DNA of 63,192 nucleotides, filler included, from Bipalium vagum (taxonomy: Eukaryota), in the NCBI GenBank assembly GCA_037834085.1. It is 3 parts of 3 records of this genome, joined end to end, with 100 filler letters (N's around TTAATTAATTAA, not from the genome) between each part and the next. Parts side by side here need not be neighbours in the genome. Positions count along the whole stretch, not along the records: positions 24,249 to 46,724 come from JBBMKC010221018.1; positions 46,825 to 63,192 come from JBBMKC010109072.1; 1 more part is not named here. One strand, written 5' to 3'. How positions within the stretch are numbered: the first letter of the stretch is position 1; each line of letters opens with the position of its first letter. This document shows positions 38,050-50,539 of this stretch, piece after piece. The translations under genes and the position numbers were made by a program. The notes below the pieces were generated by a model. The model did no database searches. It was not told the DNA's origin and was given only the letters and a program-made list of their open reading frames with translations.

Positions 38050-38700
38050 TAAATTTGATAGATAGTAAATAATCATCATCCAATCATCATACGTTATCCC
38101 GTCCGCGCCTGGTGATGATTTTGAGGTGCTTTTGAAGGCACACTCAATATCCTTCACATCAATCTCATCACTCGATCCTGAAAATTGTGGAAAGTCTGTA
38201 TAGAAATCCAAGCCAATCCCGGAAGGACTCGGTTTCCTAAAGTGACTTTCTAATTCTGCTTTCGAAGGATAAGTCGAGGCAATTGCCGATGGCATAAAGG
38301 ATTCAAATACTTCCTTCTGGTTCTGATTGAACCTACATTGGATAAAATATGTTTTCCTGCCTATATTAAGCGATTTCATTATCGGCTTTTCCTGCTTTCT
38401 TTCCTTTTCAAGAAATATTTGCAACAAGGCTTCTTTTGCAGAGTTTAAAACTTCTGTCAAATTAGCCATTGGATAAATAAGCCGGTCGAGTTGATTGAGC
38501 AGAATGGGGTGGATACATTTTTTTTCGCTCCCCGTTTAAACGTTGCCGCTCCTTTTCGTTGAAGGAATATTCGTCTCCTCGGACAGACAAGCAATACTAC
38601 AGGATCGACGCTTACGAATGGCTTAGACAAATCGTTGTCGTTCCGAATTCCTTCTTTCAGATCAACTCTTTCACTCCAGTGTACCTCTTTTAAAAAATGT
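38050..38700 (-). pseudogene. Non-LTR retrotransposon fragment (region before RT; R2/NeSL-type)
   Basis: GC-richer island with DEIDVKDIECAFKSTSKSSPGADGITYDDW, the SPGxDGI motif at the start of RT. Truncated right after it. Confidence 0.75.
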
Positions 38701-40439
38701 TTTTCTTAAATCGCCGCCATAATCCTTATTGACATGGAATGTCTCGCATAAATGCTAGACTGTATCATATTCGGGATGGATCTTTCCCATTTTTTTAAGA
38801 TCCATAAATGAAATCTCATAATGGATAAGACATAATATTTTGTGATCATTTGAAATTCTAAAATCAATTTAATAAAGATAACCAAATGACAATGTTTACC
38901 TATTTTATGAAATAAAAAATCTGGTTTTTTTTTGGAATGGAGTAAGTATTATGTTATTTCTTCATTTTTGTCGCAGTATTTTTTAATGTTTTATAACTCA
39001 CATATCAGTTAGAGTGGTGAACTACTTTTCTTTGATTGCCTTTGAGATACTGGTGTTTATATCAGTATGAAAGAATTTATAGACTTTAATTAAGAGTAGA
39101 TATTGGGGATTTTTCTTAAGAGGATTGTTGTTCCAGTACTCACCCATAGCCTTGTAATATACAAACATTTGTGCCATTTTAATTTTCATACAAGTTATAA
39201 ATCGTTAATCTTTGTTAATTGCTATTATTAAATTCACGCCTAAAAACCTTCAAATGTTTTGAATTTATCTAAAGAATCTTTATTTTAATACAGAAAAATT
39301 GACTAAGAGAAGGGTATGAATAGTAATATGAAGGAGAGACGTTATTTTCTCTAAAACACCATTCATCTTTGTATTATTTAATATCTAACGTCTATTTTTG
39401 TAATTTTAAAAATAATAAATATTTTTAAGAATATTTTTGAAAGATATCTTCCCTTAAATATAAAAATTTGATATAAAAATGAGTAAAATCATTATTATTA
39501 TTATTATTTAATATTTTCCATCTTAATGTTTCTTATTGTATGCGTTAAGATTTATGACAAAAATTTTTAAGTAGTTTATAAGAAATGAACATCATTTATC
39601 AAATTTCAAATAGTATTTATAAAGATATCTTTTCTGAAAATGCACATTATTCATTTTCAATACATTTTAATGCAATAAAGTAATAAAATATTTTTTTCAG
39701 AATAATGCATTAATTTTACTATTTAACCTTTTCTAGCTAAGAATTTTAATTTAAATTATTTATTACCATAATATGTGGTTTTTAAAAATATTATATTATA
39801 TATTAAATATATCAAACTATTCACTGAAAATTAAAGAAAATCTTTTATCCTTAATAAAAATATTATATGTTGTACATAGAAATAAAATCGTAAATAAATC
39901 ATTTCACGGATTATGGATAGAAATAATATATTATTTATTAAATATTTATTTTTCAAATTATAAAGGTATTTTTCCTCAGTAATGCATCGGCTTAATTTCT
40001 CTCAAAATTAATGAACAAATTTTAAATAAATTCAAACAATAATGTCTATTCAATATTATTATTATTATTAAATGTTTTATTATATATAATTATTATTATA
40101 AAACTTTGATCTTTTATATATTGTCTAACCAATTTTTAAAAATTTTTTTTGATCGTCTTAATTAGAAATTGGTATATTAAAAGAGCGAATTTAAAAAAAA
40201 AAGAAATGAGAAAAAGATATCCGAAGAAAATCAAAGAATTAACAATGCTGAGTATATATCTTGAGTTCACTGTTATTTACTATTTTTAATGTTTCAGTGA
40301 TTCTTTTTAAGATTTTTATTTTATTTTTTTTCTCATCTATTGTTGAATCTACATTATCAAATATTTGTAAATTTTCTTGATTTTTTCTTTTTGATTGATG
40401 TTATTGATACTTCATTTAATTTCATGAATTTGTAACATT

Positions 40440-40960
40440 TGTATTTTTAATTGAAAGCACTATACACCCGAAGTAATTATTTTACCAATTGATAGCAGCT
40501 CATAGTAGATAACACCTTTAAAATTCCACCAAACTGGAAACACTAGTTTTTGGTGCAACCCTGCTTTTGATGTTGTTTGCGGTGGATTGTATTTATGCCC
40601 CACATTGTTATAAAGAACCTATTTTGCATTACCAATACCCAATTTCTTCATAGACGGTTTGTTTGCGTTTCAGCAGTGAATGGCAGTTTAACATGCATTT
40701 TTAATTGATTTCACTTTTTTATTTACCCACACAATAAGATGCAAAACCTAACTTATTTTATGTAAATGATTTTCCACAGATGTATGTGATAGTTTTCAGT
40801 TACATTTCTAACTGTTTGAGATGAATTTTCAACTATCATTGATTTGAAATCACTTGACTCAATATTCATAGGACGACCGGAGAGATTCGATAAGTTTACA
40901 TTATAATCTCTAGCACGGAATTTTGAAAACCATTTCTCACACATACTATATATTAGTATA
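40440..40960 (-). mobile_element. mariner remnant
   Basis: CEKWFSKFR..SGRP; KAGLHQK..VWWNFKGVIYYELL. Confidence 0.85.
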
Positions 40961-41154
40961 TAACAAAATTCGTGAAACCACCAATAGATAATTTAATCTT
41001 TTCAGAGTATATTGGAAATGGAGATAAATATTTTTTTATTAATTTATTTAAATATTCGATAAGAAATAGGTTTTTTAAGCAAAAAGCATTGTTTTTAAAA
41101 TTGCCATTAAGATTATTTCTTTCATACTATAAGTAAAAATAAAAATAAAATTAG

Positions 41155-41520
41155 TACAGTAATTCATCTATAATTTCACACTTTCGGGACCAGAAAAATA
41201 AGAAAATTTGTGGTTGTGAAATTAAAAATCGTGAAAAATCATTAACTCAATTTTAGATAAAAATCGATAATTTATTAACAATTACGCAATGATAAATCAT
41301 ACATATTTAAAATAATTCAAAATCGAGGTTTCTTTTATTTTTCTAAACTTTTAAATAAAATTCTCTTTAAATTGAAAGAATTTCTTTCCTTCTTGACCAA
41401 CTTTCTTCAGACTGTTGCTCCAAATATTTTATCAAACATTTGCATGCATCTATTGATTCACGAACAATAAATCACCGTCCTTGTTCTGGCATTTAAGGAA
41501 TATATTGATGAAAATATTAA
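41155..41520 (-). mobile_element. pogo/Tigger-like 3' end remnant
   Basis: TACAGTAATTCATCTATAATTTCACACTTTCGGGACC TIR-like start on +; minus strand reads CLIKYLEQQSEE. Confidence 0.45.
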
Positions 41521-41737
41521 AAAATTTATATTTTATGATATTGTTTTAATTATAATTGAGTTCTGTTTTTTTAGAAATAGTTAGATTTTATTTTTATTTT
41601 CTCATAACGATAATATTATATTATATAATTGCGGTTAATTATTTTTTTATAGAAAAACGGTAAATTATAATTACAACTTTTCCATATTAAGAAATAAATA
41701 TTTATTTTTATTGATGATTTTTAAGAAACCTAATTCA

Positions 41738-41912
41738 TTTAATTATTCAGCTCGAGCAAATACGTTGGGCAGAGCTGAATAATTAAAGCTCCCGATTGAC
41801 ATTATCCTAAGGCTATGCAGAGCTTGTGGGATTAGCATTGAGCGCATCCGCAGAATCAATTATTCAGCCCAGGCGACTCTGGTCGAGTTGAGATGAATAA
41901 TTGAAAGCTCCG
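41738..41912. repeat. Two related palindromes in tandem (period about 117 bp)
   Basis: Perfect 16-bp inverted repeat TTTAATTATTCAGCTC / GAGCTGAATAATTAAA and 11-bp TCAATTATTCA / TGAATAATTGA, each followed by AAAGCTCC. Confidence 0.8.
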
Positions 41913-43829
41913 GGTTTCCGCGTAAGCAATGCCATAAGAGGGATTGTGATTAATGGGTAGCCGATGGAAGAAAATTGTAGAGTATATAAATAATTTCCAG
42001 ATTCTTCGCATTCAGAACAAAATTGAAGCAAAAGCACAAATTCAAACAGAACAAAAATTAGAATTAAGTCTAGAACAAAGACAAAAGCGAATTGATTCCA
42101 AGTGATATTAATATAGTTATTTTTCTTTTGTGGTAAATAAATTGATTCAAATGAATCATTATTTTTGCAATTTGAAGTATTAAAAGTTTGTAAAAAAATA
42201 CATTGCTGTCTACCGCGCAAGAAACCAGCGGTTTAAATTTATTTTTCCATATCCAGTAGAAGGTGTGCGGGATTCATGTGGGTGCGGGTTATACCATTTT
42301 TAATACACATTCAAACATGGAACTGTTATATAATAACTGTGAAGTAAGATAAATAAGAAACCATTATATCATAACCAATTAAAAAAAGCTTGGGTAAATT
42401 GATAATTAAATTTATATATTTTAGCAACTTTTATTTTTGAAATATCGACAGTAGCTTCAAAATCGTTAATTTCGGAACAGAAAAACTGTTGTCGGAGCTC
42501 AGATAGGCTTTTTGATTTTATTTAATTCCAAGAATCAATTTTCCATTTACAAATTTTACCATAGGTTGCAATGGACCACAGTACATAATGGTAATTTCTC
42601 TTTGGGTATGGTAGCCTTTTTAAATATGACCATGGGTTTTATTCTCATTACATTTGAGGCACAACCCAACAACAGTGAAACAATTACGTTCACCGTTTTC
42701 ACACCAGATTCAGATACATATCTTGTGACCAGGACATTTTAAAATATGTAACTATACTTAATTATTAAATCAATAAGAGATAATTATTATTTATTAGTAC
42801 ATATTGTGTTGTGCTAAAAAACGATGAATATAAAAATCAAATAATCTCATATTGAAAGTATTCGGTGTGTGCGTTGAAAGTAAGCCTCTTTTAAGCAGGC
42901 AATGTTTGTATTTATACACAAACAAAAAAATGAAATAATGACTATCGTTACCAATAACCTTTGTCCATCCGTAGCGAAAAATATATAGTAAATAATAGAA
43001 GAATTACTTTTATAAATAATTTAATAAAATATCAGTAATCATGATATATGTATCTCGAATGATCTGATTCAACTTAATTTCCTCCGAATTTATGGAAGAT
43101 ATACTCCATAAATCCTATTCCAAATTAAGGAAATTGTTGGACTAAAGGAAAAATCATGCCTGAAAGCTTCTGAATACTAGAATTTTTCAACTGCCAAGCA
43201 ATTTTATGTGTACTTGTCACAACCGATTAGCTCTAATTGATATCAAAAATAATTAAAATTGTGATGGAAAATTCAACACTATATTAAATAATTATTCTTT
43301 TTTTTAAATTAATAATATTTGTTTTTATAATTTTGTATAATGAAATAATTATATTTCAAATTAGTTAATTAATGATTAAAAATGAGTTTTATTTGTTACT
43401 TTCTTTATAAACTAATTTTAAATTTAAATGTGGATATAAACAAAGAATATAAATTCTATAATAATAAATTTTCTACCTAAAATCGAAAAATAAAAAAATA
43501 TAATTTTGAATATTATAAATTTTAAATTAATTAATTAAAATAGATTTTAATAGTAAATAAATCTTTATCGATTTAATTTAAACGATTTCATTATAATAGT
43601 AATAATATTAAAATAAAGAAAAAGTTAATAATAATATTAAAAAAAATTAATTAATTAAAAAAAATTTGAACACATATATTATAAATTAAGATTGATGCTT
43701 CTAATGGAAAGCCTGGTAAACTACCAGATTTTCTGGAAAATTATTAAAGTCGTGGAGAATGAAAAATACACATTTTATAGATAATGCATTTGTTAAAATG
43801 ATTTCTCATTTTTTGGTTTCAACTATTTA

Positions 43830-44800
43830 ACTAAAGTCTAGAGGCAGCTAATGAAGTTATATATCGAATACAGATATTTTGTAATTTTGGTTTAAGACAA
43901 TATTTATTTGAAATGGATGCTAAAAATACACGAAATGAGGTGCAGATTTATCAGATTTCGTCATCGGAAGAATATATTCATGGATGCTAAATGGAGCGAC
44001 CAGGAAGTTAATGCTTAATTAAAGATTTCCAGAAATACAGTTTTTAAATGTTGTCAAGACTGCATAAACGCTATGCCCCACAGTGAAAGGTAAAAGATCA
44101 CAATGGGGTAGCAGTAAAATAATAAAAGAGCAAAATGAATGTCATATCATACGAAATTGTGAAGATAATATTGTTTAGAAATACTATCGAAATACAGAAG
44201 GAGATATTTCTGCACGAACTGTGAGTAGACGACTTTGTGAAAATGGACTATGTATGTATTTACCTGTGCGGAAACCGAAATTTATTCAAAGATTGGTAGA
44301 TTGTAGAAGTTTAATTGTACTCAATTATTAACAGTGGATATTAGATGACTGGTCGCGCATTGTCATCAGTGATGAAGATTACTTTTCATTAAGCATTGAT
44401 GCTGTTCAATATGTGCGCCGACATGTGGGAAAAGGTTTAATGAAAAATGTGTGTAAGAGAAAGAGGCAATTGTATAATCATGTGTGCTTTTTCTTTGAGT
44501 AAAAATACAACATGTGGATCGTTGAATTCATAAAGATACAAACAACTTAAAATTTAATAACCTATGCTCCACATAGTCCAGACCGAACTCCTTCCTACTA
44601 CAATTTGTTTAGGTCTATATAAAACTTCTGAAATGTTAAAATATTTCTAATAACCATGACGTTAAATCCGACTTGTTGCAGTATTTTGCAGATACGAAGA
44701 AGGAAATTTTATGCTTCCCAAAAATATCAAGTTGTTGATAACAATAGGCAATTGATAATTTAATAAAATATATTGTAAAGCAAAGGACTGGAAGAGAGAT
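43830..44800 (+). mobile_element. Tc1-like remnant joined to a mariner 3' fragment
   Basis: ISARTVSRRLCENGL..PVRKPK and DDWSRIVISDE (Tc1), then PHSPDRTPSYYNLFRS (mariner) at about 44568. Confidence 0.7.
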
Positions 44801-44909
44801 GTTTTGGTTTTTTACCAAGTCCATAATAATAATTATACCATACGTCCAGAAATTATCAACAAGTTTCAAATTGAATTATTTTATTTACGAAATAAATCTA
44901 ATCGATCAT

Positions 44910-45300
44910 ATTATAAGGTGTAATATAAGAATTTGGATTTTATTTTAATGTTGTTATATTAAAGTCACTATGGATACTCAAACAAAAATTCATATTATCC
45001 AATATTATTATGAATCAAGGAAATCCCCAGCATCAGCAATTTGTCTTTTCAAGATTCCCCGTGGTATGACATATTTAATGCGTCAACTGTAATGAGAACT
45101 GTGAAGAAATTTGAAGAAACTGGTTTAATTGTTCACCAGAAACCGGGAGCTAGTACATCATCTCTAGTGAATGAAGGAACTCTTATCAGTGATCATCATC
45201 TCTTAATGACTTTAAATCCTCATCATGTGGGAAAATATCGAGGATATTAGGAATTCTGAAGACGCCAGTTCATGAAATTCTTCGTCAGAATCTGATGAAA
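44910..45300 (+). mobile_element. Tc1/mariner-superfamily 5' remnant (HTH)
   Basis: MDTQTKIHIIQYYYES..STVMRTVKKFEETG. Confidence 0.6.
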
Positions 45301-45883
45301 TATTAATTTATAATATGATTAATATTTTTTATATTGATAATAGCTTTAATATGTCAGTATATTTCAGTTTTCTAAAAATTATTATTACTTCAATCATAAA
45401 AAAATAATGTTTCTTTTTATTAAGGAATGTTTTATAAAAAAAATATAAATTCAATTTTTATTCATTTATTTAATTTTCATCAAATTAGAAGACATTATTC
45501 TCTCAGACTAAAACTTGAAATCAATATTTGATGATAATATTAATAATTGAATTTATTATTCATGATATTGAATATTTATTAATGATTTAAGATTAAATAT
45601 TACCAGGAGAATTGTTGATAAAAAAATTTTAAAAATTATAAAAAATTGAATTGTAAAGAGGCTTTTCTTCAGGTAAAATGTGTAGATTTCATTGGAAACG
45701 TAATGTTTTATGTATACAAACTGTTTATGACTTCCTTTAATTGATTTTTTCAATTAAAATTACAAATCTAACTTGACAGTAGAATATTCATAAAATATTA
45801 GACTTGAATATTTTTTTATTAAAAATTATTATATTAAAATGAGAAAAAAATATTTTTATGAAATGAAATAATAATTGTGATGT

Positions 45884-46724
45884 ATCAGGTGCATTGTATA
45901 ATCGCTGAAATAAATGCACAAATATAAAAATTAAATTTATGAAGTAAAATTTTATTGAGAACTAAATATGAACATATATTTTAGTACATTATAAATACAT
46001 AAAACAATTATTCAAAAAGACCTCCGTCAGCATCAATTACGGCCTGAACCTTGGACCTGAATCTAGAGCAAGTCTTGAGAATGTACTCCTGAGATAGATT
46101 GTTCCATGTCTTCGTTACAGCTTTTTTTTAGAGACTTCAAATTAGGGTGCTGTACTTTGGAAGCCTCTGAAACTGTCTGAACAGAAGCCCATATTGAGAA
46201 ATCCAGAGGATTGAGATCAGGTGAGCTAGGGGACCATATTGATTTATCCCAGATTTTCATATTTTCTTTGAGCCACGCTTGAGTTGCCTTTGAGGTATGA
46301 CATGGAGCTCCATCCTGGGTAAAAATGACTTTTCCCATGTCGTCATACTTGGCTCGAACCCATGGGAGAACATTTTCTTGTAAAAATTTTCAGATAACCT
46401 TCAGTATTTAATTTAAAACCTTTGTCAAACAATACTGGAGGCATTTTTTACTATCTGATGACACCTGTTCAAAAATCATCATATGGCTGGATGTTTTGAT
46501 CTGGCAATGCTTTTAATGTGATCTGTGACATCTATCACAGGCATATCTGTGATGTATCTATGATTTCTACTGTTTTGAACTTTGTCAACAGTGAAATATT
46601 TCTCATCAGAATAGAGCAAGATTTCCCCTTTCATTGACCTGATTTTTTTACATTTCTCTAATCTGGACACTTTGAGTGAATTAGTTAGCAACTGGAATTT
46701 CCTTATTGCTCTTGACTTTGAATT
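45884..46724 (-). mobile_element. maT-like (DDxD) transposase, 3' part, cut by the assembly gap
   Basis: ILLYSDEKYFTV..NSRNHRY; FTQDGAPCHTSK; WSPSSPDLNPLDFSIW; TIR-like TATCAGGTGCA at 45884. Confidence 0.88.
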
Positions 46725-46824
46725 NNNNNNNNNNNNNNNNNNNNNNNNNNNNNNNNNNNNNNNNNNNNTTAATTAATTAANNNNNNNNNNNNNNNNNNNN
46801 NNNNNNNNNNNNNNNNNNNNNNNN
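46725..46824. other. Assembly gap spacer
   Basis: N44-TTAATTAATTAA-N44. Confidence 0.97.
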
Positions 46825-46912
46825 AAATTACCAGTTAGAGTTTTTAGCGGAGAGCCAACAGAGTTTGCGGATTTCATGGCTGAATATAGACAGGTAGCAG
46901 ATAGCCTATCAG
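46825..46912 (+). pseudogene. Possible LTR-retrotransposon gag fragment
   Basis: KLPVRVFSGEPTEFADFMAEYRQVADSL, followed by a short AGCTAAATAAT tandem repeat (46910-46975). Confidence 0.4.
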
Positions 46913-47644
46913 CTAAATAATAGCTAAATAATAATCAGCTAAATAATCAGCTAAATAATAATCAGTAAATAATGCATTATTATTGTGTAAATATCAAAAT
47001 TATGGTCTAAAAGAAATTAAAATATATAAAAAATTACGTTACATGTATTATATTTAACCACATGTTGATTTAATTAAAAAATTAAATAACCAAAAAGTTA
47101 TTTTAAACAAATTTGAAAAATAAAGATATAGTTTTAGGAACATATTAGATTAATTCGGTATTATTATATTGTTATATATGCATGGAATGATTTTATATAT
47201 ATATATAAGTGTTTGGTTTGACGCTTACTACGAAATCTAATCCCGAAAAAAAATGCTAATATATGGGGTCACCAACTTCTTCAAAGGTAGTATAACAAAT
47301 GAGTGTTCTAAGATACGAACTAAATCAACTGAGATAACACGATTTTATTACAAAAATATGTTTTGCAAAACAAGTAAAACTCTTTCTTATTACAATAATA
47401 ATATTAATTAATTAAAGTCTTCTTGGTTTTACGATAACCGAAGAACCCCTGATGTTAAAAATATGTATTCTGTTGCCTAGAGCGCAGCAGAATCAATTTG
47501 CCAAGATAAAAAACAGAAATAAGAGAATATAAAAAAAGAACGTATTGCAGAGTATTTGCTCTGAATACGTTAATCTTTATTTAATTATTTAAACTTTCTC
47601 AATAGAGATCGATATGCGTTTTTAAATATCCGGGGCGTATTATA

Positions 47645-48300
47645 TATACTAGTGAGCAATATTTTCGACACCCCATAAAATGTAATTCTTAATCAAAATT
47701 GATATTTTTTTGACATTTTTTCTGATAAAATTTCTTTAAAAGTTATTATAAAATTGTATTCGTTTTAATATTTGTGCATTTATTATTTTTTAGAAAAAAT
47801 AATTTTTCAGTGATGCATAATTTTTGGCACCCCTTTACAAAAAAAACGAACGAAGACAAAATATTTATTTGATTGCCTTTATTTACAATAAGTTCTACTA
47901 GGCGACTTCTAAAGTATCATATAGATTAATAATAACTAATCTTTTGTTTGAATTGAGGTGAAAAAAGCATTTTACGATTTCTTCCTTTAATTCACCTAGA
48001 GATGTGATTGGTGATCTATCATATATCACATCTAGCAATAGTTTCCAGATGTTTTCCATCACGTTCAGATTTGCAGATCGAGCTGGCCATCCTATCACTG
48101 TAAAATTGGGCGTCAGCCATCCAAGCTTTTACTACCCTTGGAGTATGTATTCTTGAATTATCCTGCTGAAACCAAAAAAGCGTTGCCGTAATTCAATTTG
48201 CAAATAGGCACAACAGTTTGACATAGTAGCTGAATGTATTGACAACTTTTGAAGTCTCTGTCTAAAATTCTGAATGACAATAGACCATTTGTGGAGCATA
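47645..48300 (-). mobile_element. Tc1-like (DDE) transposase 3' remnant
   Basis: WFQQDNSRIH..WPARSANLNVMENIW. Subterminal direct repeats GTGAGCAATATTTTCGACACCCC and GTGATGCATAATTTTTGGCACCCC. Confidence 0.82.
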
Positions 48301-50539
48301 CCAAAATAAACAATTCATTAATGAAAACCTTTATTTTATCGTTGATAACTTTTATTGATTAATAAACATTTATATTGTGATTTTATTTTTTTTTAAATAT
48401 GAGAGATTTTAACTGACGATCGTAAATTCTTCTACAAACAATTATTATTTTCATTATTATTATTGTTATTATCATTATTACTATTATGAAAAATTGTCAA
48501 AGTAAAAATTAAATTTAGCAACTTCAGGTTACTAAATATAGAAGAATGTAAAATAATAATAAGTCTTATAATAAAAAAGAAAATACGATAAATTATATTA
48601 TTAGTATTCTAATACTTACTAAAAATAAATAAATAAGAAAATATACTATATAAAAAGAATTACCTGAAGTCATAAAAAATGAATAGGGCGACGATAAAGA
48701 TAATAAGAGTCAACAACACTCCATTTGTTAAGTTCCTAAAAATATGGGTTGACTTTAAAAATATTTAACTTGGCTTTTAGGTCACTTAACAAAGTATGTG
48801 CTAACAGAAGGAAATACGGATGAACGTTGAAGCACTAAGGTGACTGACACAATATAAAAATATCGATCAAATATAAGAATTTCAAATGAACTAAGAGAAC
48901 ACAAATTTTTAAAACAAAATCTTTATTGAAAAATAAGTTCTTTGACAAGGTTTTATAAAGACAAAAAATTTTTAATTAAGTAAAATTGAAGTAATTAAAA
49001 ATCTCGGTGATATTAGCTACAATAGCAACACAGATGCACCAATGAAAAACATTTATATCAATTATCAAGTTGTCGATGATATCGGTTAACAATCAATTAT
49101 TCAATTGTTAATTACACAGTAATAATAATAATTCAAACACAATTAATGCTAATAAACAAAAAATCAAGTCAAGTTTTTATATTCATAAAAATAAGTTTCA
49201 GTTAGAACAATTGAAATATCTCACCACTTCTGTCCTCAGATTTCTGCATTATTATCTAAATCCTTATGGCTCACTCAGAAATAGTCTTCTGGTGGGGAAA
49301 TTGAACACAATCCTTCTTTATAAAAATAAAAGAAAATATTGAATACACTTGAATTAAAAATTTTCCCATTTTCCAGCGTTAAATATCAACCTGGTTCTCC
49401 TTAAAGATTTCTATATGACCTTTAAATTTTTTCTGTAACTCTGGGTAAATTATAGATAAATGGGCATTATTATATACTAATTTTTTAAACAATTAATTTC
49501 TTTAATTGGAGTTTAAATTATTAAATTAGACTTCAATTCCCAATTGAAGTGTTCAAAAATATTTTGGAGAACAATTAAAATTACTTTGGTATTCCCAAAA
49601 TATTTAAGTTTCCTTTATTTATAATTTTAGTTGAAGAGATTTTTTAAAATCTCAAAATTTTTCGGGCGTTTGTTTAAACTGTTTTATTATTGTTATTATT
49701 TAATTATGGATTCCAGGACTCTTTTTGCGGCCCTAATAATGAACCACCCGGGTTGTTTGTTTAGGGAAACCCAAAAACACTATATTATTGGATTTGTTTT
49801 ATTAAACAATTTCTTATTTTAATAAGACTTCATAGTATCAGAAAATGAAAGTCTGGAAGATTATTAAAAGAAAAAGAAGAAATAGTCATGAGATATGAAA
49901 TTCATCGAAACATTTTCGAGGTTCATAGAAATTGAAATAAAGGCTTAGTAATAAATGTATGACCGAGAAGAACTTATTTATTAGATTTTATTAAGTTAAT
50001 ATTATACTTATAATATATAATATACTAATGTACTTATAATATACAAAATATCAAAAAACTAAAAATACTTACCCAGAAATTAAAGTTTCAGTTACCGTTA
50101 TTTTTCTGATCAATAATGTCCGTTTTGTATAATACGGAAACTACAACGAAAATTTATGTAGATAGGCAAATCATAGGATTTCACCTGGTCATGATTATTA
50201 CAAGACAGTGTTTGATAAAAAATCTAATTATTGTATTACTTTTTTCAGTAGAGGTAATTTAAAAACATTTATTGATGCTCTTACATTGTTTAAATAACTA
50301 TATATATTTCAAAGCAATAAAGTCCAATGTTAGAAAATTTAACAATTAATAAACCACTTTTTTAAAATATTACTGTTTGAATTAAAAAAAAACACCTTCA
50401 AGACTGGAACAATAATAATAATAAAGATTATTTTTATTTTAAGAATGTCTTTATCAACGTTAATAAGGAAAATATTGATAATCAAGAGAAACAAACGCGG
50501 AAAGAAAGTACGATTTTTATTCAAATGACAAAACTGAGA

